A DNA stretch of 64,000 nucleotides, from contig CM039006.1 in assembly GCA_017499595.2 (NCBI GenBank), positions 496,001 through 560,000 on the forward strand. Reading direction: 5' to 3'. The DNA is from Psilocybe cubensis (lineage: Eukaryota). The translations under genes were made by a program, and so were the position numbers. Shown one piece after another: positions 25,781-39,480 of the stretch; within the stretch, counting starts at the first letter, position 1, and each line of letters starts with the position of its first letter. The notes beneath the pieces were generated by a model. That model made no database searches. It was not told the DNA's origin and saw nothing but the letters and a program-made list of their open reading frames with translations.

Positions 25781-27815
25781 ATGAACGCGGATACATACGG
25801 TCGGAAAAGTCCCAGTGGTCAAAGCCATGATTACGATCAACGCATGGCTGTTGCGTCGTCTTCAAGTGCAAGTTCGAGCCGCCTAGAGGGGGACGATATG
25901 GCACACATACCTGGTTCAGCGGATTGCCTCTGTTCTGCATGCCATCTGAGCAGAGATGTTTTCCCTCGAAGACAAGACGGGAAGATCGAGCTTCCAAATC
26001 CTATTCTGGTGGCCTCCCACAAGTTCGGAGGAAGACACCGGAGCGTACGCGGTGAGTTAGGGGCTAAATTCACGACGTTCTTTATTTTATGAACATCAAT
26101 ATCTCATGCTCTTTTTACAGCTACGGCGCATACTATGAGCCAGACAGATCCAATGCGCCTGCGTATTGACGCGGAATTGCGCGAGCCCAATCCTAGAGGA
26201 TTTTCACAGTTGTCTGGTTTGTCCTTCAGCATTGTTTCATTAGAATTTCTCTTATCTCAAAGGGTTTAATTTTTTCTAGGACCTGGTGTCCCGGCAAATC
26301 TTCCAGAGTCTCAGTTATCCTTCCCACCGTCTATACGGACCTTTAAGATGTCAGGTAGAAGAATTTCGCCACATGGTTAATCTCAATAGCTGACCTGGTT
26401 CTGCTGCTCATGCCTAATTTAGAAGCAGATTTGGTCAAAACCGAACGATCACAGACTCCAGTTCCAGAGAGACATACAGCAAAAGGTGAGAAATCATCAA
26501 CCTGCTTTGCTGTTCGACAAATTGACTGTGATGTGATGATACTCATGGCCAAGATCGTGCAAGGCAATCTAAAAAAGCATCATCGCAACCCAAGTCAAGT
26601 AAGATTGATTGATCTCTCCTATCTATTGTTTAGGTGATTCATGTCATATAGAACGCTCGTGGCCAACATTTTCCAACGCTCCGGCAAATAAGAATCGGTC
26701 TTCCAGTCGGTCTAGCATTGGTCATTCAGGTAGCTTCTTCAATATTGCTATGGGACCTCATGACACAAAGCTGACATTAAGTAGACCCTGAATTTCAAAA
26801 CCCATATGCAGAGATTGTATCGCATACTGCGACGCCTTCTTCAGGTATTTATTTACATGTTCCCCCGACTATCGCTCAACGCATTATTCCAACTGATTTT
26901 TTTTACTCAGGGGCGGGTAGACACACTTCTTGGCCAGATCCATATGAAAATGCGGTCGAAGAAACCTTTCCTCAGTTGTTCGACTCCCGCGTCGGACTCG
27001 GTGAGCGTTCCTATCAAGGATCCTACTTGCAAAGTGACATTGATATTTCCTCTTTTAGGTATACGGGGATTGAATCAATCGGAATCTTCCACAAGTTCGC
27101 GGGCAATCAGTAATTCTTCAGGCCCAGATGGCATCAGCGGACAAATGAGCAAATCAAGCTCCGCTATTTCCCATGGGAATGAACGAAAAACTCAAAGCAG
27201 CCCCTCGCCTAGGAATGTTCATTTTCCCGGGCGGTATGACCAAACGACATCATCCCTTCCAGCGAGTGAGCGACCATCCACGCCACGCGAGATTAATTCT
27301 ATTGAGGATCCACTTAGGGTCATACGATTCAATTCGTGTCAAAACCCACAGCCCAGCACGTGTGTCCCACGCAATAACGTGGGCGAGGTCGTTCAGGGTA
27401 AGTGCCGTACACTTTGTCGGTTATCTGTGTCGTCACATCATTGACCACTTCCAATATTCGAAAAGGACGTTCTCAAATACGCTTATCACCAGAGCAAATA
27501 CCAACAGGGACACTACGGTTTCAAGATCCCTTGATGCCCGAATCATTTCCTACGAGTGTGGCAAAATCAAGGGAGTCCTCGACAAGTTTTCAATTGCGAT
27601 GGGATTCTGACGAGGAGAAGAAGGAAGAAGAGCAGCCTGTTTTCAGACAGTCTACATATCCTTCCACCTCAACTGTCCCAAGAGATGCCTCCGTTGTGCA
27701 GGTAAAGTGGGACTCAGAGCGCAAGCGCAGACAAGGTTATTTTTCACAGGAGGGGGTTGAAAAGTCTCCCTTCAGACACTATAACAAAAGTAGTGACTTT
27801 GATCCTAATCCTTGA
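25781..27815 (+). CDS. Hypothetical multi-exon Ser/Pro-rich protein
   Basis: Successive + strand ORF pieces bounded by GT/AG, N-terminal HIPGSADCLCSACH, terminal exon ending DFDPNP*. No known domain recognised. Confidence 0.55.
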
Positions 27816-29430
27816 GTCATAGAGTTATATTACTAATACTTAGTTCTTCAATAACCAGTAGGTTTTAATCTGGCTGTATATATTTAATGCACATGTATTC
27901 GTTATTGCGCATATTTTATTAGAACTTTTTACATTTCATTTTCTGCTGAGTCGTGGTCAGTCATCAGCAAAGTTCCACATCAAGGTGTCCAAAATTACGA
28001 TCATATTGCGCCACAGCATCAGATTTCAGAAATCCCGTTGGTATCCATAGAGAACACCGTCAAATTCCTGTCTTAATGGCCCCTGTCATGATAGCTGTTG
28101 TCGATGCTTTTTTATTTAGCCACGCGATGAGAGTCTACAAGTTCCTGAGACGATATTATATAGGCGAGGTCTAGGCCGGCATATAGATCACTCCTTTTAA
28201 AAATTCGGTGCGTTACATGATATCTTTTGGAAGCACATAAGACGAGAATCAGTACATTATGTTGAGGTGGAGCAAAAATTCGGATACTTCTACTATACAA
28301 ATGTAATGCGTATCCCTTTTGTAAAAATGGTTTGATGGTAGCTTTATCTTTACACAGCTGCTAGGAATAATTAATCAACGTAAAAAATCACCGTCTTATT
28401 CTGCCAACCAATCTGGCAATGAATATATAACAAGACCAAGGTGAGTGATCCATTCAGGGACCCAGAGGTGATGGGCCTGGACTGACATCGAATAGTGTTG
28501 CGCCACACTGGAGACACGTGTACTTCCATAAATGATAGTCTTTCCCAATCATAGTACTACTTTGTGGTCCCAATAGGCGCTGGCCCACTACATCGTGAGC
28601 TCTGAGGATTCCGAACTACATAGCGTATAAACTTAGAAAATGGATCCCAGAAATTGGTGGTTGCATCTAGTGGATGTGCGCTTGAAGGTAATTTTTCCTT
28701 GACAACTTATGTACTAAAGGTAGGATATCTCGTGTCATGTGAAAGAAAAGCTGATTACAATACTCGGTTTGATTAAGTCCTCTCAAACGAAACATGATCA
28801 TTATTTTTTTAAAAATCAAAGGGCTTCGTTTATTCTCATGTCGTGGCGAATCATATGGCTGTAAGTAAGTAGCACAGGATTCAATCTAACACCTGTCCAA
28901 GTTTGTGCAACATAAATTTGGAAGTGAATTTCGTCCGTTCTCTTCCTGGCATCTGAGAGGGAGAGAGCATCTGATCAACCGCTCTTTCAAGTTGTTACTT
29001 AATCCTCCGATGATACTATATTCATAAATAAGGTAGTATCAACACGCTGTACATGTGCAGTAATCCAGGGCATTCAATTCAGTAGCAATTGGTCACGTCT
29101 TTCAGACAGGAAATGGCATACCCCTAACGTTGGAGGCGTAGGCTAGATGTGTCGAAAAAGACTGTCCAATCATTTTGTCGTGGCAGCTTTCCTTCTGATC
29201 CTATGGCAAATTAAGCGGAGAACCAGATCTTAACCGAAGCCTATATCTGGGCACTGTTCTCTGGTCCGCCTCACTTCGAGTATGCTTTGAGGTGCTACAC
29301 TCCGAACAGTAACCAGAGGTAGACTTCTTCCTCTCTGCCAGATGGGTAATATAAAGGGAGTTCAATGTCAACGGTTAGCACGAACCCTACCCCAACACAT
29401 AAACATATTCACACTTACGCTGCATCAAAG

Positions 29431-30284
29431 ATGGTTCTCAAGGTTCACGGAGCCCCGACACCATGCACTCAGCGAGTTCTAAGCATCTTATACGAGAAGC
29501 AGGTGCCTTTTGAGCTTGTGCCTGTTGATTTGTCGACTGCAGAACATAAAGGAGCGAAACATCTGGAGAATCATCCTTTCGGATTGTGCCCTTTCATCGT
29601 ATGGAAATCTTTAATTCTCATTATTATATCTGAAGCATAAAATCGTTGATAGGACGACGATGGATTTGTGCTCTACGAAAGCCGGGCAATTGCCCAGTAC
29701 ATAGCAATGAAGTACGACAACCAGGGTACACAAGGCCTCATTCCCAAAGACCTCAAGTCATATGCTCGTTTCCAGCAAGCGGCGTCAACGGAGACGAGTT
29801 ATTTTAATGATCTAGCCGGGACCATCTTAATGGAGAGAATCTTTAAACCGTATGTTATTTGACCATGGTTCACGCAGGTCGCTCAATCTCTCTGTAGAAT
29901 GTTTCTGAATATTCAAAGCGATGAAAAGCTGGTTGAATCTTCTTTGACTAGATTGGCAGCCAACTTGGACGTATACGAGAAAATACTTTCAAAACAAAAA
30001 TACTTGGGCGGCGAAGTAAGTGTTTCACAAGTTGCTGGAGGAAAGTTCCTCCATTGAAAGCAATAATAGGAAATTACGTTGGCGGATCTGTATCATTTAC
30101 CTTGCGGAACTTTGCTCCCAGCTGCTGGTACTGATGTTATCGAAGCCAGACCAAATGTCGCCAGGTGAGTAGTATATTAATACTTGACATTTATTAAGGC
30201 TGACAAACGCAACGCAGATGGTTCAAAGACCTGTCTTCCCGAGAGTCGTGGAAAGCTGCTCTTGCTACGACATCAGCAATGTGA
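29431..30284 (+). CDS. Glutathione S-transferase (Phi-like fungal class)
   Basis: MVLKVHG..PCTQRV, HPFGLCP, DDGFVLYESRAIAQYIA, LDVYEKILSKQKYLGG, ITLADLYHLP, RPNVARW. TATA-like TATAAA near 29350. Confidence 0.93.
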
Positions 30285-30613
30285 TATTCCACCAAAGACC
30301 GTCGCCAGTCTCAGTGCGTGACGAAAATGGGATCAGGATCAATTGTGTCAATGCGGCGCTTTCCATGGAATCTCTATCTCCGAGTTCCCGCCCTTACGGC
30401 GAGCATCTCACAAGTTGTAAGAGTTCAGCATGGGTGTAATTCGGCTGGTAATATGTATTATTTTACGCTGTACGGGTTTGAAGCTTGAACAACTACACAA
30501 TCTGAAAGAAACCCTATTACAACAACCCGCTGTTATTTTTCCCTGACTTGCCGGTGTCCATGGTTTCATTTATTCAATGAGACCAGAACCCAATGGAATC
30601 ACAACAGCTGTGA

Positions 30614-32089
30614 TCATTTCAACTCCGGCGTATCGGCGAGAAGTGTGACCATGTCTCCCACTGGGTACCTCTCCAAATCACCAGCAGCGGCATTGACGGC
30701 TTCAGCCAAGTTTCTGATCCTAGCAATCTCATCTTGGGTGAGCGACACATCAGCAGCCGCGATATTCTCCTTTAGGTACTACGAAGTCAGGGAAGTTAAT
30801 GAGTATAGAAACTGGAAGTATCAAAATTCGAAATACCTTAATCTTCTTGGTTCCAGGGATTGGAATGATATCGTCCCCTTGAGCAAGTAACCAGGCGAGT
30901 GCAACTTGACCAGCGGTAGCGCCGTGGCTTTTGCCTATCTCTTGGAATTCGGAAACGAGCTTCAAAATGTTGGGGAAGTTTTCCCTTGAGAATCTAGAGT
31001 GGTTATAGAAAGTATCAGTTGTAGAACTTTCGATTGCAACGCAAGAATATTTACTTGGGAATTGTCTTCCTCCATTCTCCGTCTGGAATGTCGTCGTGGG
31101 ATTTCTGGAGAAATAGTTAAGCTCATAGCACAGGGAATAGAAAGGTCGAAACATACGTATGTTCCTGTTAGCATGCCTCTGCCCAAAGGAGAGTAGGCCA
31201 CCACTGCAATTCCAAGCTCACGGCAGGTCTTTAGCAGCGCAACCTTGTCGTTCTCTATGTCCAGATAAAAGGGAGAATATTCAATTTGAATGGCGGCCAC
31301 GGGGTGAACTGCATGAGCCCTTCGAAGGGTCGCAGCTGACATCTCGGATAAGCCAATGTATCGTACTTTGCCTTCCCTGAGATACGTTGTGATTAATGAA
31401 TTAATGGCGATCAAAAACGATGAGAAAAGCGTACTTTACGAGCTCAGCCAAAGCTCTCATAGTGATCTGTCAAAATATTCATTCAAGTGTTTGACATGAA
31501 AGAGCAATGTACATACCTCAATAGGGACAGTTTGATCAATACGCTATGGCGAAGATGATTGTCGTCAGAGGCCTAAACAAAAGCTAGGGAAAGCACGACT
31601 TACGTGGACATAGTAAAGGTCAATGGTATCGATTCCGAGTTTCTTGAGAGAGCTCTCGACGGCAGACCTGACGTATTCGGGTGTACCATTTGCACCTTGA
31701 GGGGTAACTCCAAATTTGGTCGCTAGGAAAATTTGGTCCCTCTTTCCAGTACGCTTGAACCTATTCATGGTATTTAGTTAACAAACACTACTCGTAATGA
31801 TATAAATTTGAAAAATTTACTGACCACTTCCCAAGAAGCTCTTCACTGTCGCCATATATATCAGACGAGTCCCAGTTGGTGCAGCCAGCTTCTAGGGCAG
31901 CATTGAGGACCTAGTATAAAACGATCAGGACAGCAATGATAAGCGAGTCAAACCATCAGATAGGAAGCGCCCTACCTTGAATCTGTCTTCATCGTTCTCG
32001 ATGGGCCCGTAGTATGCTGAGAGTCCCATGAGTCCAAATCCAATGGCAGAGACATTATCTTGGCCGATTTTTCGAGTAGGCAGAGGCAT
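30614..32089 (-). CDS. Aldo-keto reductase (YakC-like), intact paralog of 11895-14191
   Basis: Same exon structure as 11895-14191, uninterrupted exon 1 ([13 protein letters not shown]), Asp/Tyr/Lys/His tetrad residues present. Confidence 0.93.
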
Positions 32090-33763
32090 TTCTTTGTGTG
32101 TTTGTGTAGTGAGATTTAAAAGTTTGGAAGGGTTGATTGGATGTAGAAGGGGAAACTGATAATGACTTTCAACCACTTCTTTGGCCAGATTTTATACCTT
32201 TGGCTCTGGCCAATTTTACCCAGCCTAGAATCCATTGAGAATGGTTCATGAGAGTTCTTATTCCAACTTCCGAAACCTGTAGGCGTAGACTCGACCGTCG
32301 CACCCGTAGAAGGAAAGAACAAGACAATCCCGTGATTGAGAAAACTTGCTTACTAACCATTTTCTCATTTGTTTTTCTCCGACAACCAATCAACGACGCC
32401 GCATGTTCAAATTGTAAAAGCCAGTTTTTCGTATTAGTAAGCCAATGTGGAGATATCGACGTTGGCTTATTAAGCATAACGATACGATAAGACTTGCAGA
32501 CATACATTCGCTTCCAGGATTGCCCACGCTCTGTCAATAATAGCATCCAGTCGTATACGTACATTGCATCCGATAATCTGATGAAATTATCTAGAAATTA
32601 TCTAGCAAACGTGTCATTCTTGTCTACCAAGTGTCTAGAATACCATTGTAGGCATGGGGGTAACACACTGCCGCCATAACCTGACAGACGCGGAGGATTG
32701 TTCATTTTTCCTCTTTGAAAGATTTTGTAAATGCTGACTTCATGCTCACACATTCGGTTGCAACCCTATTGAACTGGTTTATCATGTCGGGAAAGTGACC
32801 TGTAGAAGTGTCAATTACGAATTTGCAACAGAGTTTAGAATATCTACGATATGAATCTATACCATTTAACGCCATATCTTGCAAATAGGACGAAAGATAG
32901 TACCGATATTATGAAGGTCGAATTTCTTTTGCGTCAAGTGGATCCATCCTCGACACGTCAATCACATGACATACGTGACCTCGTGAGAATGGCACGCGAA
33001 GTTGAACCTAAAATTGAAGCTCCGCTGGCCAGTGCGCAATTTGAACCTTAGATGCAAATGATCTGAGACATGCTTTCGTTTTTCAGTATTGAACGACCGA
33101 CTGGCTCCAAGGTTAGAATTCAGGACTAAATAGCTCACTAAAAATTCAGATTATATCGTTCGGGTGCGCCGTTTTAGGTGTTGCAATCTACCGAATACTG
33201 CATGTAAGGAATCAAGCACAGGGTGACAAAGAGACTCCGGTTCAACGTATGGTGGGCAATTCTTATAAGTTTACTGAATGTGAATAGAAGTGAGCCTTTT
33301 GCCAATCAAATATACGTATTTTGCTCTCATTAACCGTGCTAGGCTTTGTGAAAAGGAATGAATCATAAGAATGGTATGGTCAGTAAATTGCGGAGGGCCT
33401 ATCAGACGCCTCTCATGCCTGCTACAATGCATGCGGAGCGCATCGGGTGTCCGACACAGTGCGGACGGACTACTTCATTACATTGAATAGTTGACTCAGA
33501 ATCTGCACTTTCAGTGAATGCCGCATAGCTACGTCAACTCCCATCAAGGTTGCCGTCAAGTTATATTGCCACCCTTGCCTACTATTACCATTTTGGGCTT
33601 GTCTTGTAGTCCATGCCGTTTAGATTCGTCGCCGACGACAAGATTTTGGAGACAGTATTTAAGACTTCAAGCCCAAGAGGGACAAATAATTTCCTCAACA
33701 GACTCAAATCAGACTTGCAAAACCACTCAGAAACGCCATATATCTTTTTAAACCCATTTCATT

Positions 33764-35213
33764 ATGACTGCACTGTTAAGAAAGTTAGGCGCCGACCAGG
33801 TCTCAGCCATCGGACTAGGAGTTATGAGAGCATCCGTATTTTATGGAACTCCGGATAGTGATGAAGAAAGGTTCAAGGTAAGACCGTTCCCCATCAAGCC
33901 GTTGATTGTTGGTCATGTACTGATGTTGAGCGATGCATAGCTTTTTGACGCTGCACTGGCTGAAGGTTCGACATTCTGGGACACTGCTGCATATTATGGC
34001 GATAACGAAGAGTTGATCGGAAGATGGTAGGTGCTCATTCGGTCTTTATGCTTTCATTATGTGTTAAGATCAACATTAGGTTCAAGCATTCAGGAAAGCG
34101 AGATAAGATATTTATCGCGACCAAAGGGGGATTTACCCGTGCTGGCACAAACAATGACCCAGAATTTCTCAAAGCTGGGTTAGAGACTTCGTTGAAGAAT
34201 TTGGGAGTCGATACCATTGACCTTTATTATCTTGCTGTGAGTAGCCTTCGTATTCATGGGCTGATCCAATTAAACATCTATATTTTACACAGCGTATTCA
34301 ACATAGCATTCCTATTGAGGTGAATCCACCAGTGCTATAAAATAGTCATTTTGCTGAATTTTTGCGTATGTAATCCAGAAAACTGTCGCAGTACTTGCGG
34401 AGTTTGTCAAGTGCGTCCATCTTGAACATTGTTCTCGCTTGCTCTTACAAACACATCTGCAGAGCGGGGAAGGTTAAATACATAGGCCTATCTGAATGCT
34501 CTGCTGCCACACTTCGCCGTGCGCATGCCATACACCCCATCACGGCGGTAGAGGTCGAATACTCTCCATTTGCACTCGATATAGAAGGCGAGAAAAACGG
34601 GCTACTGAAAACGTGTCGCGAGCTTGGAGTAGCTGTCGTAGCCTACTCCCCTTTGGGAAGGGGTGTTTTGACCGGTGCATATGTGGGTAGTTCTCTGTTT
34701 CGAACGTTCAACCTTCCTGAGTTAGACTCTCCAGAAATCCCCTGATGACTTCCATCCTGACGATGTGAGGAGGAGGTTCCCAAGGTCAGATAGCATACAA
34801 CGAAATGTTTCATGTAGTTAACCAAGTTGCAGGTTTTCCAAAGAGGCCTTCCCACATATTTTGAACGTCGTCGACGTTCTGGAAAAAATTGCTAAAGTGC
34901 ATAATGCTACGTCGGGACAGGTCACACTTGCATGGATTCTCGCGCAGGGAGAAGATATTATACCAATCCCAGGAACTAAGACAGTCAAGGTACGCAAAAA
35001 GACTGGGTATTGACCGTGAAGCTAAACCTGACACATGTTTCTACATAGTATCTTGCAGAAAACGCCGGTGCAGTCAATGTAAAATTGACAGCAGAGGATG
35101 TCGACGCAATCAGGCAGAGTGCCCAAAAGTTGGAATCTGTTGTTGGCGACCTGCCTCGATACCCCGAAGGCCTCACAAATGATTTGTTTGCAGACACTGT
35201 CGAACTGTCGTAA
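33764..35213 (+). CDS. Aldo-keto reductase-family protein with His->Ala at the tetrad His position
   Basis: Complete in-frame spliced path: [40 protein letters not shown], ...DTVELS*. Confidence 0.9.
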
Positions 35214-35659
35214 ATTATATACCCAGGACTGAATTCGATACATGGAATGCGATGGAGTTGGCCAGTAGCGTGATTGTACGTAACGGTCCTCTCGCCTGAC
35301 ACCCCAGGGTTCGACTCGGTTTCTGTCTATAAACGCTTTGTATAGAGATGTGTATAAAATTTTGTTGTTGTTCGAATGCCTTTATAGAATATCGTTGAGT
35401 TGTTGAAAGAAACTAACGCTGGCGGACGATACATTGCCCGCAAGTCGAGTGAAATAGTCTAGGCCATTCATTGAAAATTTCGAAGGCCCATGTTCGCCCA
35501 TGTTCGAAAATACTAACGAAATCAAACCATCGTTCCAGAATCATGAACATCCTCCCACTACCAACACAAAAACCATTCAAACGCTGAACATCCGATTTGT
35601 TAGAGAATGAGTCCAAAGTATGGTCCTTCTGAATTTCGATGCTCTGCCCACAACATCTC

Positions 35660-35910
35660 TTATTAATACGCATGTCGCTTAGCATACGTTAGATGCTGGT
35701 ATATAATGTTTCAGCATCGCAAGGTACGGAAAATGTTTTAAAACTAAGCGGTCAACTTACCTGCTCAAGCGCACGGGCCGATGCAAAGTTTAGATCGCAT
35801 TCATCACAGGTATGGGGTCGAGTATGGCGTTTTACCCGGCAGTGTGCTTTGAGGCCACGGAGGGTGTAACAAGTCTTGGAGCATGTAAGGCAGGTGAATG
35901 AAATGGGCAT
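35660..35910 (-). pseudogene. N-terminal fragment of a C2H2 zinc-finger gene
   Basis: MPISFTCLTCSKTCYTLRGLKAHCRVKRH...CDECDLNFASARALEQ|intron|HLTYAKRHAY followed by stops. Resembles exon 1 of the 42720-44693 gene. Confidence 0.6.
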
Positions 35911-36267
35911 TCTGAGTTTGGCCGTTTCCTTGCGCAGGGGGTTGATAGCTTTCAAAGCGACTGAAGGGGTAGGGAGAGCGAGATGGGTCCTATATATGCG
36001 CTAGGATTTTCCTCAAACACTCAATATCCTGCGATGATAAACTTCGCGAGCGGGTCAATACCAATTTTCAACTCGCGGTAAATAGGCTCGTGGACATTCC
36101 ACTCAAAGGAAGTCGGTACTACGAAGTTCGCTAGCTATTGCTAGGAAACCAGACCGTGTCCGAGAAACTTTGTTAAAGGAGTTTCTTTTCAAACTGGGAA
36201 TTGGTACGTGAATAGAGGTGGCATAGCAAACAGTAATTCAGATAATATACGTACCGTAAAATTATAA

Positions 36268-36800
36268 TCACAATGGAATAGCCGTGTCTACAAACACCTT
36301 TTCCACCATTCCAGGAGCATATCGGTCAAAGTGTAGCCCATCCGCCTTTTCCGCAGCCTTCCTGATAGCAGCAAGATCTTCAGGACTGAGCTTAACGTCG
36401 ACGTACCGGAAAATCCAAAGCCTCATCATCGCCATTGCAGCATAGAAGTACGGAACGGAACAGTAAGAGAAACAAGGAGAGCTTAACTTACCTTGACGTC
36501 TTTGGTACCCGGGATGGGCATGACGATTTTCCCTTGAGCAAGGATCCATGCCAGGAAATTTGGATCCCATGACGCGCTATACTTTTTGCCCATTTTTTGA
36601 AGGCATAAGACAAGCTCCCGCAAGCGAGGGAATTCCTCATTTCTCATAAGCAAAATTAATCTGATTGGAATGAGTTTTCCCAGATCGCCTTCCGGGATTT
36701 CAGAAATTGATGTCTAACAGACAATTGGCATCCGAACGCTGAATGAGGATACACCTACTCACTTAGGTTCCCGTCCCCAAATCGCTCCCCGACGCATTAT
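36268..36800 (-). pseudogene. Degenerate 3' half of an aldo-keto reductase
   Basis: [22 protein letters not shown] and VKLSPEDLAAIRKAAEKAD...DRY are recognisable. Upstream exons are decayed. Confidence 0.8.
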
Positions 36801-37165
36801 AACACCACACTCATCTGCTGACCGACTTCGGTAGGGCATTCTAGAATCTGAATCCAGTCCATCGGGCACTGAAAGAAAAAAAGAGTCGTTTCGTTCGCCG
36901 GTTGCTTTCACTGCTCGGTGGAATACATTCTTCCCGATCCCAGTCCCACATACACCGTTATCCACTCGCAGATCAAGTGCCTCATCTTTGCATGAGTTAT
37001 AAAGAGGGCAGCCTGAAAACCACTATCAAACAGTGTCCACAACATTCACATATCCATTTCATCAAGAATACACAAAGATAAATGACGACCTAAAATATTA
37101 CAACCTACACCCTTTGTCAAAATCAAGCACAAAAAAGAATGAAAAAAAAAATGGACACGCCAAAA

Positions 37166-38699
37166 TCAATTTTTGGGGACTGTATTCGCAAAGAGCGCCG
37201 TCATCATCTCAGCAGGATATCGGTCAAGATGGTGCTTGTCTGCTTCCTCTGCCGTCTTCCTGATCTCTGCGATCTCTTCTGGACTAAGCTTGACATTGAG
37301 CGATTCGAGATTCTCTTTCAAATACTAAAGAAATGCAAAGAATAAACGAATTCGCGAGAGCGAGCAGCGTCAGCCCTTAGCAACGGAATGATACGAAGTG
37401 GGGAGAGGAAAGTCAAGCTTACTTTGACTCTCTTTGTACCAGGAATGGGGATAATATTATTGCCTTGAGCAAGAATCCACGCAAGGCATACTTGGCCAGC
37501 TGTAGCTTTATGCTTTTTGCCAATGTTCTCCATGCAGGCGACCAGCTTCAACAAATTCGGGAAGTTCTTATCACTGAACCTGCATGTAGACCATGAGATG
37601 AATAATGACAATATGCTTAAATGGACAAGATCTTACTTTGGCACAGTCTTCCTAAAATCATCTGCTGGAATATCTGCGTTCGATTTCTTGTATCCAAAGA
37701 CATCAATAAACTATATTTCTCCTGTAGGCAAAGGAAACAACTAAAACAACTCACATAGGTCCCTGTCAACAGACCTCTCCCAAGGGGAGAATACGCAACG
37801 ATCGCCACACCAAGCTCATCGCACGCCGCCTTCAGACCGGTCGTCTGCAGTTCCATGTCGAGGCAGAAGGGGGAGTACTCGATCTGCACAGCGGAAATGG
37901 GATGTACAGCGTGTGCGCGACGTAGAGTGTCCCCGGATACTTCGGATAGACCTAGATACCTCACTTTTCCTTCTCTACGTTTGAGGAGTTGGATCAATGG
38001 GGGCGGTAGAAGCTAATCGACTTGGGGCATTTAGACTCACTTGACTAGTTGGGCCATGTGGCCGACAGTATCCTTTGCTCGAGAGATTAGCCTGTGCAGC
38101 GTAACACGTTATAAAGAAGGAAGACACACCTCAATGGGAATATTCTCATCCACCCTCTGTATGATCAATGCTTTAGCATCTTACAAAATCAAATACAGGT
38201 GCGGAAACTTACATGGCAATAATACAGATCAATCGTCTCGATTCCCATCTTTTTAAGAGACGAATCACAACACTCTCGAATATACTCTGGTTTGTTGTTC
38301 GGGCCTTGAAGTGTGAACCCGAACTTGGTCGCGATAAACAGATCCTTCCGCTTTCCCGTTCGCTTGAACCTGATAGGTGAAAGTGAAACAATAGTCTAGC
38401 TGTGTTATTGATAAAGAAGGGCAGCAGAAAAGCCTACCATTTGCCTAGGAGTACTTCACTGTCGCCGTATATGTTCGCCGAGTCCCAGTTCGTGCAGCCC
38501 GCGTCAAAAGCTGCATCGAGAACCTAGGGGAGATGTCCTGCTCATGAGCATATTAGATGCACTTTTGAGGCGCATATATGCGCACCTTAAACCTGTCCTC
38601 GTCACTGTCGATAGGCCCATAGAACGCAGACATGCCCATCAAACCGAACCCCATAGCGGTGACATCGTCGTTGCCGATTTTTCTCGTAGGAAGTGACAT
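37166..38699 (-). CDS. Aldo-keto reductase (YakC-like)
   Basis: [57 protein letters not shown], last exon ending NTVPKN*. Confidence 0.92.
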
Positions 38700-39480
38700 A
38701 TTGGATGACCAAGTTTTTGTGATTCGGGAGTTCCTTTGTGGTTTTGTAGTAGTAGTGAATATACCTCTGATCTCTAGGTTTCACATAATCCACTCGCAAA
38801 CTAACACCTGACGCAAGTGAAACCTCCTCCATGACATGCCCTTCTCGATCTAGCTAAAATGCAAAGGTCCTGAAATGTTATGACGATTAGCAATGCTACG
38901 GATGCTTGGCGATGCGCTGAAGGTCATATGTGTATACGAAGGACGAGGTTCAGTATTGCATCCCGAAGCATAGATGGTGGCCATTTTTTCTACTGAAAAC
39001 ATTTAGGAGAACTGTTATTCGCTCGAAACCGTCCCGTTATATGGAATATTTGCCTGTTCATAAATAAAAGCTGCAGAAGCATCATAGCGGAACGCTCATA
39101 GAAAGAAAACCCTGGCATCCAGGGTATGATTCGGGTTGAATTGGAGGACAGGACTGACCTTGAACGTAAGTTGTAACGGCTCTTCCCGCGCTTGCTTTGT
39201 TTGGTTAGATTTGACCTATCCATCAAAGGACTTCGTGAAAAAAGACGACGCCTCAAAGAGATTTCTGATATTATTTTGCACTAATGAATGCATTGATTGG
39301 TATACCCAGATATACAGTTCTGTGTTTTCGATACAAGTACATATCGATCCAGGTCCCAGCAGAACCCCCATCTTCCACCTCCGTCCGCTTTAACAAAAAA
39401 AACAGGAATATAGTAGTAGTAGACACTTCTTCTGCCCCTCAACGAGCATGTCTTGACTTTGATTAACGTTCGCCAGAAGG

